62,486 nt of DNA, taken from Minisyncoccota bacterium (lineage in GTDB: Bacteria; Patescibacteriota; Minisyncoccia; Phycocordibacterales; UBA9973). A program made the position numbers and the translations under genes. Of the stretch, positions 17,911 through 26,950 are shown piece by piece. The notes below the pieces were generated by a model that worked only from the letters and a program-made list of their open reading frames with translations, was not told the origin of the DNA and made no database searches. Position 1 is the first letter of the stretch; every line of letters begins with the position of its first letter. Location: assembly GCA_018063015.1 (NCBI GenBank), contig JAGORC010000001.1:1-62486 (forward strand), read 5' to 3'.

Positions 17911-20328
17911 ATGAAAAGTAGATTTTCTTATATTTTAATATCCGTATTAATGCTAGGATTTCTCCTTGCACCTTTTTCTCCTTTAATAATAGTTGATGGT
18001 GAGAAGATTGCTATAAAAATAGAGTCTAGAAAAGCTTTTGCTGAAACAAGATGGTACTACGAGTTCCAGCCACCTCTCGGTGGTAGCAACGTTATGTCTG
18101 TCGGATATGAAACAGAGACAGAATGTAACGCAGCCTCTCAGGTTACAAGCCAATCAGGTGGAACAATAATTAAAAATTGTTTTTCTTCAGACACAACACC
18201 AACAGCAACCGGTTCAGAATCTGAGAGCAATGGAACTGAGACAGGTCTCAAGGCAATGCTTAGAACATGTGGAATATCTAGAGGCTCATTCATCATAGGG
18301 TGTTTTATACAAATAATGTATTTCCTTTTTGTATCAATACCATCTTGGCTAATGCTTATGACTGCTCAGGTATTTGATACTGCTGCTGCTCTGACATTAA
18401 GTGATCAAGTTTACAGATCTGGGTTTATAAGCACAATTTGGACGATAGTAAGAGACTTCTCTAATGTATTTTTTATATTAATTCTACTTTATGCAGCGTT
18501 CCAAGTAATACTAGGACTCGGGCATGGTGGGGGAAAGAAGATTGTGGCTTCGGTGATACTTATCGCCTTAATGGTAAACTTCAGTTTATTTATTTCAAGG
18601 GTGGTAGTAGACGCTGGTAATGTATTAGGTCTTATTTTCTATAATAAAATATCAACAGACCACGTAAAATATCAACCAGTGAGTGATCCAACGCTAACAG
18701 GTGTAAAAGAGAAGGATTTAGCTGGAGCTCTGGTATCTAGTTTTGCAGTAAATAACTTTTTTAGCGCAGACTTCTTTAATGGATTAAAGAGTGACCCGGA
18801 CAACTGGGAAACTGCCGGATGTACAGGCGGTTGTGTAGGAAGAACAATAAATAATTGGCTTGCTGCGTCACTTATTGTCACATACGGTTTAATCGCATAC
18901 TCATTAGCTTGGATATTCTTAATTGTGGGAATAAGTTTTATTGGAAGACTGGCTACACTAATAATGCTTATGGTGATATCGCCCATAGCATTTGTCACAG
19001 CGACTGTTCCGACATTTAAAGGCATAGACACTATTGGTTTTGATAGTTGGCTGAAGAAACTTTTCCAGACATCATTCGTTGTTGCTGTGTTTATGGCGAT
19101 ACTTTACTTAGTTTCAGAAATATTAAAGGCGGATATATTTGATTCTTACAGTGTTGGACAAGAAGAACTGGGAATAGTGGCTAGGTTGATGCTCATATTC
19201 GTTCCTGCACTTTTGATACTTATCTTTTTGAAGAAAGGAAAGGAATATTCTGTAAAAGCTTCAGGTGAAATAACTGGTGCCCTTATTAGTGGCGCAAAGA
19301 TGCTAGGAGGACTTGCACTTGGTGGAGCAGCCCTTGGTGCTGCAGGTGCTGCCGTCATAGGAAGAAACACTGTTGGCAGTACTATGAACATGATGAAAAC
19401 AAGCCAAACCACAAGAGATGCCCATCTGAAAAATCTTAACTGGAACCCGAAAACTTGGGGTAAGGCACTTCAAGCTGGAATAGTAAACCAAACAGTAAAA
19501 GGTAGAGGAAAGGGTGTAAAAGACGTTCCTACTGGTACTTATGACATTAAAACTAGAAAAGAAATTATGGCAAGCAGAGAAGGTTCTAACTGGTTACGAG
19601 ATCAAATGTTGGGAGGAAATGCAAAGGATAAACAAAACAAAAAAGACAAATCTCACGCTACTCATGCATTAGATGAAGCAGCTGATAAAGTAGAGAAGGG
19701 TAAGAAATACTCAGATCTTGATACGAGTGGACAAAATTCAGCAAAAGAAAAAGCAACAAAATCAGAAATGGCTAAATTCTTATTTAATGGTAAAGATTTA
19801 TCAAAGTTAAGTGCTGGAGAAAATGCAATGATAAATAAAGCCGCAAACAATGATGGAACAATTAATAATGCTATATTTGATAGATACGCACAAAATCTAG
19901 GAAAAGACCCTAATAAATTCCACGATGGAGTACATATGGAAAAGGCCTACTTTAGTAAAGATACTCAGAGTACTGTCGGGCAAGCTGCAGGATGGGCTGG
20001 AAGAGGAGCAGCTTCTGGTACATATGATGTAAGGAACCTAAAGGGTGGAGCACTAACTGCAGCTGGTCTCGCTGCAGCTATGTTTGGACTAGCTCCTATT
20101 ATGGGAGCAGTGTTTGCAGCACATGCTTCAGGAGGATTGCGTTCAGGACTACAGAAGTTAACTGGTGTTGATCACGGAGACAGCAAGAAAGATTTCTTGA
20201 AGGACTTAAAGGCGACACTGGACTCAACATTGAAGAATCTAAAATTCGATATCAAGGTTACAGGGGACGGACATGGTGGAGGTGATGATCATAGCGCTGG
20301 ACATGGTGGAGGAGGAGGACATCATTAA
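17911..20328 (+). CDS. VirB6/TrbL-like polytopic membrane protein with long cytoplasmic tail
   Basis: 805-aa ORF. Signal/TM, Cys-containing ectodomain, multiple hydrophobic spans with TrbL/VirB6-like layout, Lys-rich C-terminal about 300 aa ending in a Gly/His tail. Located in a cluster with VirB4 and PrgI-like genes. TGCTATAAT at 17871-17879. Confidence 0.55.
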   Translation: MKSRFSYILISVLMLGFLLAPFSPLIIVDGEKIAIKIESRKAFAETRWYYEFQPPLGGSNVMSVGYETETECNAASQVTSQSGGTIIKNCFSSDTTPTATGSESESNGTETGLKAMLRTCGISRGSFIIGCFIQIMYFLFVSIPSWLMLMTAQVFDTAAALTLSDQVYRSGFISTIWTIVRDFSNVFFILILLYAAFQVILGLGHGGGKKIVASVILIALMVNFSLFISRVVVDAGNVLGLIFYNKISTDHVKYQPVSDPTLTGVKEKDLAGALVSSFAVNNFFSADFFNGLKSDPDNWETAGCTGGCVGRTINNWLAASLIVTYGLIAYSLAWIFLIVGISFIGRLATLIMLMVISPIAFVTATVPTFKGIDTIGFDSWLKKLFQTSFVVAVFMAILYLVSEILKADIFDSYSVGQEELGIVARLMLIFVPALLILIFLKKGKEYSVKASGEITGALISGAKMLGGLALGGAALGAAGAAVIGRNTVGSTMNMMKTSQTTRDAHLKNLNWNPKTWGKALQAGIVNQTVKGRGKGVKDVPTGTYDIKTRKEIMASREGSNWLRDQMLGGNAKDKQNKKDKSHATHALDEAADKVEKGKKYSDLDTSGQNSAKEKATKSEMAKFLFNGKDLSKLSAGENAMINKAANNDGTINNAIFDRYAQNLGKDPNKFHDGVHMEKAYFSKDTQSTVGQAAGWAGRGAASGTYDVRNLKGGALTAAGLAAAMFGLAPIMGAVFAAHASGGLRSGLQKLTGVDHGDSKKDFLKDLKATLDSTLKNLKFDIKVTGDGHGGGDDHSAGHGGGGGHH

Positions 20329-20343
20329 AATTAATTTAAAATT

Positions 20344-21312
20344 ATGGATCAAGAAGAATTACAAAAAAATATTGGGCTTTACTACTCCAAGCTACCTGAA
20401 GACATACAAAGAAAATTCTCTAGTATGGAATGGTTAAAAACATTAGAGGGTATTAGTAGCAAATATTCTCTAACTGACAAGCAGGTACAAATTTTAGGAA
20501 CAGAAACAACCCTAGCATTATTAGGAGTACTTCACTTAGGAGAATATGGGCAAATACTAGCAAAGGAACTAGAACTAAAGGATGATGTGCTACAAAATGT
20601 ATTAGCAGAAATTAATACTGAAATATTTAGAGAAATAACTCCAAAATTAAACGAGGCCTTTAATAAAAATAACCAACCAGATAAAAAAGAAGGGGAGAAT
20701 GTAATGACCCCAGGGCTAGAGAAGAAGCTAGAAGAACTACCAGGCTATGTAAAGGAAGCAGTAAATAAATCAAACTATGGGGAAGAACTATTCAAGATAG
20801 CTAAGGCTAAGGGACTTTCTATAACAGAGATAGGGGAATTAGAGAAAATAACAACAGATCTAATTGATGGCAAGTTGTCTCCTGAAAAACTTGAATCTAC
20901 AGTAGAGAGCATATTAAGGTTCGATAAGGATAAATCTACCGCCCTAGTATCAGAAATAAACGAAAAAATACTGAAAAACATAAGGAAAAACATGATGTCT
21001 GCAAGCGAGCTAGTGAGTACTCCTGTCCCAAAGTACACCAACCCAGAAAGTAGTGAAGCAATATTTAAAAAGGCGGGGATGGAAATACTCCAGAGTACTC
21101 CTGAGCTGAAAAGCGGAACCATATCGGAATCCAAGCTTGCTGAACCATTTAAAATACCATCTACAAAAACTGAATATTCAATAGCCAACATGTCTAAAAA
21201 TACACAAGCTGACAGTAGTACGCCGACAAAAGTAGAACCTCCTAAGGTAGAAACCCCAAAGGCTCCAGTATCTTACGGCAAGCAAGATCCTTATAGGATG
21301 CCTGTAGAATAA
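20344..21312 (+). CDS. soluble protein with internal duplicated helical module, function unknown
   Basis: 322-aa ORF with no TM. Two related about 55-aa modules (SLTDKQVQILGTETTLALLG..VLAEINTEIFREI versus GLSITEIGELEKITTDLIDG..LVSEINEKILKNI) and a Pro/Thr-rich tail. Confidence 0.55.
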   Translation: MDQEELQKNIGLYYSKLPEDIQRKFSSMEWLKTLEGISSKYSLTDKQVQILGTETTLALLGVLHLGEYGQILAKELELKDDVLQNVLAEINTEIFREITPKLNEAFNKNNQPDKKEGENVMTPGLEKKLEELPGYVKEAVNKSNYGEELFKIAKAKGLSITEIGELEKITTDLIDGKLSPEKLESTVESILRFDKDKSTALVSEINEKILKNIRKNMMSASELVSTPVPKYTNPESSEAIFKKAGMEILQSTPELKSGTISESKLAEPFKIPSTKTEYSIANMSKNTQADSSTPTKVEPPKVETPKAPVSYGKQDPYRMPVE

Positions 21313-21343
21313 ATCACTAGGAACTAAAGAATTTTTGAATTAT

Positions 21344-21362
21344 AATAAGAGTGACTCTTATT
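21344..21362. promoter_or_regulatory. 19-bp perfect palindrome overlapping a -10 box (candidate operator)
   Basis: AATAAGAGT-G-ACTCTTATT at 21344-21362. TATAAT at 21341-21346; the ATG of the PrgI-like gene is at 21374. Confidence 0.4.
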
Positions 21363-21373
21363 AAGAGCTTAGT

Positions 21374-21793
21374 ATGCAATTTAGAGTACCACAATTTTTA
21401 GACATTGAAGATACTATCTTCGGACCGTTTACATTTAAACAGTTCGTTTATCTAGTTGGTGGTGGAGCAATTTGTTTCGTAATTTATAAACTTATTGGGC
21501 TACTTGCTGGCATAATACCAATACTTATAGTTGCAGGATTTGCTTGTGCCCTAGCTTTCTATAGACCAAACAACAAACCGCTGGTTAATATGCTTGAGAA
21601 TGGTTTTAACTACTATACTCAGAGCAAGCTTTATATATGGAAGAGAAGAAAAGCAAAACCTGGACAACAAAAAAAGCTAGAAGAAGAGATAGTGATAGCC
21701 CCAACACCTAAATTAGATAAAGGAAAGCTTAGAGACTTGGCGTGGAGCTTAGATGTACTTGATTTAAAAAAAGAAGAAAACCAAGAAAATTAA
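21374..21793 (+). CDS. PrgI-family (VirB3-like) small membrane protein
   Basis: 139-aa ORF. N-terminus MQFRVPQFLDIEDTIFGPFTFKQFVYL followed by two TM helices, the pattern I recall for PrgI-family T4SS proteins. Immediately upstream of VirB4. Confidence 0.6.
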   Translation: MQFRVPQFLDIEDTIFGPFTFKQFVYLVGGGAICFVIYKLIGLLAGIIPILIVAGFACALAFYRPNNKPLVNMLENGFNYYTQSKLYIWKRRKAKPGQQKKLEEEIVIAPTPKLDKGKLRDLAWSLDVLDLKKEENQEN

Positions 21794-21794
21794 T

Positions 21795-22439
21795 ATGGCA
21801 TTAAGAGCAAGAGCAACTCAAGAGTTTGTACCTATAAAAGAAATACGCGACGGCGTAGTTGTTCTTAAGGACGGGGGGCTACGTGCTGTTGTGCTAGCAA
21901 ATTCTGTTAACCTAACACTTAAATCAGCGGATGAACAAAAGGCAACGATAATACAGTTTCAGAGCTTCCTTAACACTCTGGACTTCTATGTGCAGATATC
22001 TATTGAATCCAGAAGACTAGACATCAGGCCATATCTTCTTCAGTTAGAAAGTAGAATGAAAGTGCAGACAGAACCACTTCTTAAACTGCAAACGAAAGAG
22101 TATCTGGATTTCATTAGAAATTTTACAGAATCAGTAAGCATAATGACTAAGAACTTTTTTATTGTAGTACCTTATACAGAAACTTCTCTCAAACCAACTT
22201 CTGATGGAATCTTTGGAAGCTTCTTCTCTAAGAAGACTTCCAAGGAATTAAAGGCGGCGGAGCAGTTAGACTTCGAAGAAAAGAGAACCCAGCTAGAAGA
22301 GCGTGTATCTGTTATTCAACAAGGACTTGCAAGATGTGGAATCAAATCTGCTCAACTTGGAACAGAAGAAGTCGTGGAAGTATTTTATAAAGTTTTCAAT
22401 CCTGGAGAATCAGAAGGTAAAATAAAAATAGAACAATAA
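21795..22439 (+). CDS. soluble protein resembling the extreme N-terminal module of Gram-positive VirB4/TraE ATPases
   Basis: 214-aa ORF, 1 nt after the PrgI-like stop and 4 nt before virB4. Motif QEFVPIKEIRDGVVVLKDGGLRAVV..NLTLKSADEQ..IIQFQSFLNTLDFYVQI recalled from N-termini of Firmicutes-type VirB4 proteins (from memory, unverified). Confidence 0.4.
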   Translation: MALRARATQEFVPIKEIRDGVVVLKDGGLRAVVLANSVNLTLKSADEQKATIIQFQSFLNTLDFYVQISIESRRLDIRPYLLQLESRMKVQTEPLLKLQTKEYLDFIRNFTESVSIMTKNFFIVVPYTETSLKPTSDGIFGSFFSKKTSKELKAAEQLDFEEKRTQLEERVSVIQQGLARCGIKSAQLGTEEVVEVFYKVFNPGESEGKIKIEQ

Positions 22440-22443
22440 TAAA

Positions 22444-24291
22444 ATGGGATTTTTAGATAATTTATTAGGTAAAAAAAGTGAAACAAAAGAGGGAGCTACC
22501 CAGGCTTCTGTGTTGGCTGTTATGCCTGAAGAGATATATGAATCAGCAACGCTGGAACTCCAAGATATAATAGCCCCTTCCGCGCTAAAAATAGAATCTA
22601 AATCTATAAACCTAGGAGACAAGATAGCTAGAACATTTTTCATAATGTCTTATCCTAGATTTCTTACCGACAACTGGTTCTCACCAATAATAAACCTAGA
22701 CAAGGTGTTTGATATCGCAATATTTATTCACCCGATAGATACCTCTCTGGCATTAAGACAATTCCAGAAAAAAGTAGCGGAAGTGCAAAGCCAGATAAGC
22801 GTAAGAGAGGGGAAGGGTATGGTTAGAGACCCTAAACTAGATACAGCATATCAAGACCTAGAAGCATTGAGAGACAATCTAATGCAAGCACAGGAGAAGA
22901 TGTTTGACGTGGGTGTCTATATAACAATATATGCTGACAACGAATTAGAATTATTTAAAATAGAAAGTGAAATAAAGTCAGTCTTAGAATCAAAACTTAT
23001 CTACATCAAACCTGCCTTATTCCAACAAGATGAAGGATTCAAGAGTGTTATACCAATAGGTAATGATCTCTTATCAGTACATCAAAAACTAAATTCAGAA
23101 CCATTGTCTAGTATCTTCCCATTCGTATCTTTTGACCTTACTTCTGATAAGGGAATACTTTATGGAGTAAACAGACACAACTCAAGTCTAATAATATTTG
23201 ATAGGTTTTCTCTCGAGAACTATAACTCAGTTACATTTGCAAAATCTGGCTCAGGAAAATCGTATGCGACAAAACTAGAAATATTGAGATCGCTTATGTT
23301 TGATGTAGATGTAATAGTTATAGATCCTGAGAGGGAATACGAATACCTAGCTGATACTGTGGGTGGAAGATATTTCAATATTTCACTATCTTCTGACCAC
23401 CACATTAATCCCTTCGATCTACCAATACCAAGAGAAGATGAAACAGCAGAAGATGTTCTTCGTTCGAACATAATCAACCTAGTAGGATTGTTCCGTCTAA
23501 TGTTAGGAGGTCTAACTCCAGAGGAAGATGCCCTTGTCGACAGAGCTATATCAGAAACATATGCAATTAAAGACATAACTCCAGAATCAGATTTTGGAAA
23601 TATAGAACCTCCACTACTTTCTGACTTCGAAATGGTTCTATCAGGTATGGAAGGAAGTGAATCTGTAGTTCAGCGATTAACAAAATATACAAAAGGTTCT
23701 TGGTCTACCTTCATAAACAGGCCATCTAACGTAGACATAAACAAGAAGTTCGTAGTCTTTTCTGTAAGAGATATGGAGGACGAACTTAAGCCTGTAGCTA
23801 TGTATATAGTTACCCACTACATATGGAACGTCATAAGAAAAAATCTAAAGAAGAGAATCCTTGTAGTGGACGAAGCTTGGTGGATGATGAAATCAGAAGA
23901 TACTGCTTCTTTCTTGTACTCAATAGCAAAAAGAGGAAGAAAATACTACCTAGGACTCGCAACAATAACTCAGGATGCAGCTGACTTTATGAAATCCCCA
24001 TATGGAGTTCCTATTGTTACAAACTCGTCTATCCAGCTACTTCTAAAGCAGTCTCCAAGTACAATAGATGTATTACAGAAAACATTTAACCTAACAGATG
24101 AAGAAAAGTATCTATTACTAGAGTCAGGGGTAGGAGAGGGTATATTCTTTGCCGGTACTAAGCACGTAGCCATAAAGGTTATTTCTTCTTATACAGAAGA
24201 TCAAATAATAACTTCAGATCCTTCTCAGATACTCTCAATAAAGAAATCTAAACAAGAACTAGAGGAAGCAGAAGAAGTTGGCAAAGCCTAG
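22444..24291 (+). CDS. virB4: VirB4/TrbE-family type IV secretion ATPase
   Basis: 615-aa ORF; Walker A FAKSGSGKSYATK, Walker B RILVVDEAWWMM, ITQDAADF motif. N-terminal IAPSALKI..INLGDKIARTFFIMSYPRFL pattern typical of VirB4. Confidence 0.85.
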   Translation: MGFLDNLLGKKSETKEGATQASVLAVMPEEIYESATLELQDIIAPSALKIESKSINLGDKIARTFFIMSYPRFLTDNWFSPIINLDKVFDIAIFIHPIDTSLALRQFQKKVAEVQSQISVREGKGMVRDPKLDTAYQDLEALRDNLMQAQEKMFDVGVYITIYADNELELFKIESEIKSVLESKLIYIKPALFQQDEGFKSVIPIGNDLLSVHQKLNSEPLSSIFPFVSFDLTSDKGILYGVNRHNSSLIIFDRFSLENYNSVTFAKSGSGKSYATKLEILRSLMFDVDVIVIDPEREYEYLADTVGGRYFNISLSSDHHINPFDLPIPREDETAEDVLRSNIINLVGLFRLMLGGLTPEEDALVDRAISETYAIKDITPESDFGNIEPPLLSDFEMVLSGMEGSESVVQRLTKYTKGSWSTFINRPSNVDINKKFVVFSVRDMEDELKPVAMYIVTHYIWNVIRKNLKKRILVVDEAWWMMKSEDTASFLYSIAKRGRKYYLGLATITQDAADFMKSPYGVPIVTNSSIQLLLKQSPSTIDVLQKTFNLTDEEKYLLLESGVGEGIFFAGTKHVAIKVISSYTEDQIITSDPSQILSIKKSKQELEEAEEVGKA

Positions 24292-24327
24292 CTTTATTTA
24301 GAGAACGATTTATCTTATAATTAGAGA

Positions 24328-25308
24328 ATGCGACTAAAGGCTTTAATACTTGGTTTTATATCTCTATCTTTTTTCTTAACTGGAGGGATTGTTTTTGCAC
24401 AACAAGAATCAACAAGTATTATAGTTAATACTATACCTATAAATCCTGCACCAGGAGAAGATGTTAGTGTTTACATATCAAGCTACTCAGAGAATCTTGA
24501 TATTGCCACTATGACTTGGTTTGTTGATGGTAAAAGTGTTTTATCTGGTGTAGGAGAAAAGTCTCTTATATTAAAAGCTCCTAATTTTGGACAGGAAACC
24601 AAGGTTGTTATAAAGGTTAAATCTCAAACTGAAGAATCTCAAGTAAGCACGGTTTTAAAGCCTTCTTATATGGTACTCCTATGGGAAGCAACGGATTCTT
24701 ATGTACCCCCTTTCTACAAAGGCAAGGCTTTACCTTCCCCAGACAGTTTTGTTAAGGTTGTGGCTCTGCCAGAGATTACCTCTGGTGGGGTAAAATTAGA
24801 TCCTAAAAATATATCTTATACTTGGCAAAAAGATTTTAACAATATGCCAACTGATTCTGGTTATGGAAAGAACTATTTTATATACAAGAATGATTATTTA
24901 GAAAATTCTAATAATATCGGTGTGACTGCTTATTTAACAGACCAACAATATTCATCGACAGGAAGAATCGACATAAGTATGTACCAGCCATTTATAGACC
25001 TATATCGGAAAGATTTGAAATTAGGTATAGATTGGAACAATGTATTAAACAATAGTCACTTCATAAAAGGTAGTGACATTATAGTTGCATCGCCGTATTT
25101 TATATCACCCAAAGACATAAGAAGGCCAGATTTAATTTTTAATTGGGCTATAAACAACACAACTGTTGACAATACGGGCGTAAATAAAAATATGCTTCCA
25201 TTACAAACAGAAGAAGGAGTATCTGGTTCTGCTAACGTAAAACTAGAAGTAAATAACTTAAATAAAATATTCCAAACAGCAGAGAAGGAAATTAATATAT
25301 CATTTTAA
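24328..25308 (+). CDS. secreted protein, function unknown
   Basis: 326-aa ORF; signal peptide (LKALILGFISLSFFLTGGIVFA) and beta-rich sequence. TATAAT at 24316-24321 lies 6 nt from the ATG. Confidence 0.55.
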   Translation: MRLKALILGFISLSFFLTGGIVFAQQESTSIIVNTIPINPAPGEDVSVYISSYSENLDIATMTWFVDGKSVLSGVGEKSLILKAPNFGQETKVVIKVKSQTEESQVSTVLKPSYMVLLWEATDSYVPPFYKGKALPSPDSFVKVVALPEITSGGVKLDPKNISYTWQKDFNNMPTDSGYGKNYFIYKNDYLENSNNIGVTAYLTDQQYSSTGRIDISMYQPFIDLYRKDLKLGIDWNNVLNNSHFIKGSDIIVASPYFISPKDIRRPDLIFNWAINNTTVDNTGVNKNMLPLQTEEGVSGSANVKLEVNNLNKIFQTAEKEINISF

Positions 25309-25313
25309 TAAAT

Positions 25314-26945
25314 ATGAAAAATATATATAAAAAATTAGTATTTCTAGGATTAGCGCTTATATGTTTTCTATCCATTCATGGTAGTGCTAGCGCTCAGCTA
25401 CTGAACCTTAGTTCAGATAATAGTAATCTACAAGTAGGACAATCTGCTGTAATAACTGCAACATCTGGATCTGGATCTGGTAGTGTATTTTTTAAACAAA
25501 CTCCAGCCACAGGTGGCCGTTTTGACCCGACTATATGTACTACAACAGGTGGAATAATGTCTACCTCATGTAGTGTTAGATTCTACCCCACATCAGCAGG
25601 AACCTACACTATATCTGGTACTCTAACCATTAATGGGACAACAACTCAAAGCCTATCATCAACCAATCCTAGAATCAAAGTTACAGCAAACACAAGCACT
25701 GCTCCTACTCTAATAGGGGATATTGTGGACTCGACACCACCTACTATTTTTCAAGGAGATCAAGTCGAGCTAAAAATAACAGCAAGCCCAATACCTTCAG
25801 GTGGGCCTACTGTGTTTATCAGTAGCCCAACTCTAGGCAATATAGGAACTTGTGTAATAAACACAACAGCTGGAGGAATATGTACTTCTGGTTTTGGTCC
25901 TATCCGACTTAATACTGGAATAGAGGGCGCACATGATATAAACTTCTCAACTACATCTTGGCCTAACTACACAGGAACTGTTTCAGGAACAATAAAAATG
26001 ACAGTTCAAAAGACGATAACTAACCCTCCTGTGCTAGATGTATGTTTTCCCCCAAAAATAAAAACCTCTACTGGTGCATGTGTTGATCCTAGTACGATAG
26101 ATACTGGGTATACATATTTGGCTCCATTATCTGAAGACAAGTCATTTGACCCAGCTCAAGAAAATGCGTTAAGTAAATATATAAACATTATTGTAAAGAT
26201 AGCTATAGGCATAGCTGCCGTTCTAGCTGTAATAATGATTGTAATGGGAGGAATACAGTATATGACAAGCGAACTCATTTCTAGTAAAGAAGAAGGTAAG
26301 AAAAGAATAACAAATGCTATCTTGGGATTGTTAATAGCATTAGGTGCTTATCTAATATTGTTTACAATAAATCCCAACTTGTTGAAATTGGATGTAGCTG
26401 TACCATCAACGGAATTATCATTTACACCAGGTGAGGATGGATTAGGAACAACACCCGAATCCACTTCAACAACATCTAGTGGAAACGTAAGAAGAAAGGT
26501 TAATTTAAAATTAAAGACTGGTGGAACTACAGAGGTAATTGCATGTGAAGCCACAGACAAAGTTCAAGTAAGTGCTTTTGGTACTAGTTTTAGTATACAC
26601 AAAAATTTAGTTCCAAGTCTTAGAAGAATTGATGCTAGGTGGAAACAGTTAAATCCATCATATAAAATTCCACTAACAGTTGCTGACAAAGGAGCAATGG
26701 GGGGTTATGTCTGCAGGAATGCAAGAGGTATGGGTAAGCTTTCTTGGCATGCTTATGGCTTAGCGGTAGACATAAACCCTAGTACGAATCCAGCTGGTAA
26801 TAAATTAATAACGGATATGCCAGCAGCCTTTGTAAAACTTTGGAAAGATGAAGGATGGGGTTGGGGAGGTGGCTGGAGTAGTCAAAAAGATGCAATGCAT
26901 TTTAGTAAAGGTAAAAATGAAGGTGGTGATATGACAGGTGAATAA
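25314..26945 (+). CDS. secreted Ig-like domain / T4SS-pilin-like TM hairpin / M15 peptidase fusion protein
   Basis: 543-aa ORF. Signal peptide; Thr/Ser-rich beta region with Cys pairs; two-helix hairpin IIVKIAIGIAAVLAVIMIVMGGIQYMTS..KKRITNAILGLLIALGAYLILF (nt 26166-26384); C-terminal SWHAYGLAVDI and DAMHF zinc-peptidase M15 motifs (nt 26526-26918). Confidence 0.65.
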   Translation: MKNIYKKLVFLGLALICFLSIHGSASAQLLNLSSDNSNLQVGQSAVITATSGSGSGSVFFKQTPATGGRFDPTICTTTGGIMSTSCSVRFYPTSAGTYTISGTLTINGTTTQSLSSTNPRIKVTANTSTAPTLIGDIVDSTPPTIFQGDQVELKITASPIPSGGPTVFISSPTLGNIGTCVINTTAGGICTSGFGPIRLNTGIEGAHDINFSTTSWPNYTGTVSGTIKMTVQKTITNPPVLDVCFPPKIKTSTGACVDPSTIDTGYTYLAPLSEDKSFDPAQENALSKYINIIVKIAIGIAAVLAVIMIVMGGIQYMTSELISSKEEGKKRITNAILGLLIALGAYLILFTINPNLLKLDVAVPSTELSFTPGEDGLGTTPESTSTTSSGNVRRKVNLKLKTGGTTEVIACEATDKVQVSAFGTSFSIHKNLVPSLRRIDARWKQLNPSYKIPLTVADKGAMGGYVCRNARGMGKLSWHAYGLAVDINPSTNPAGNKLITDMPAAFVKLWKDEGWGWGGGWSSQKDAMHFSKGKNEGGDMTGE

Positions 26946-26950
26946 ATATT

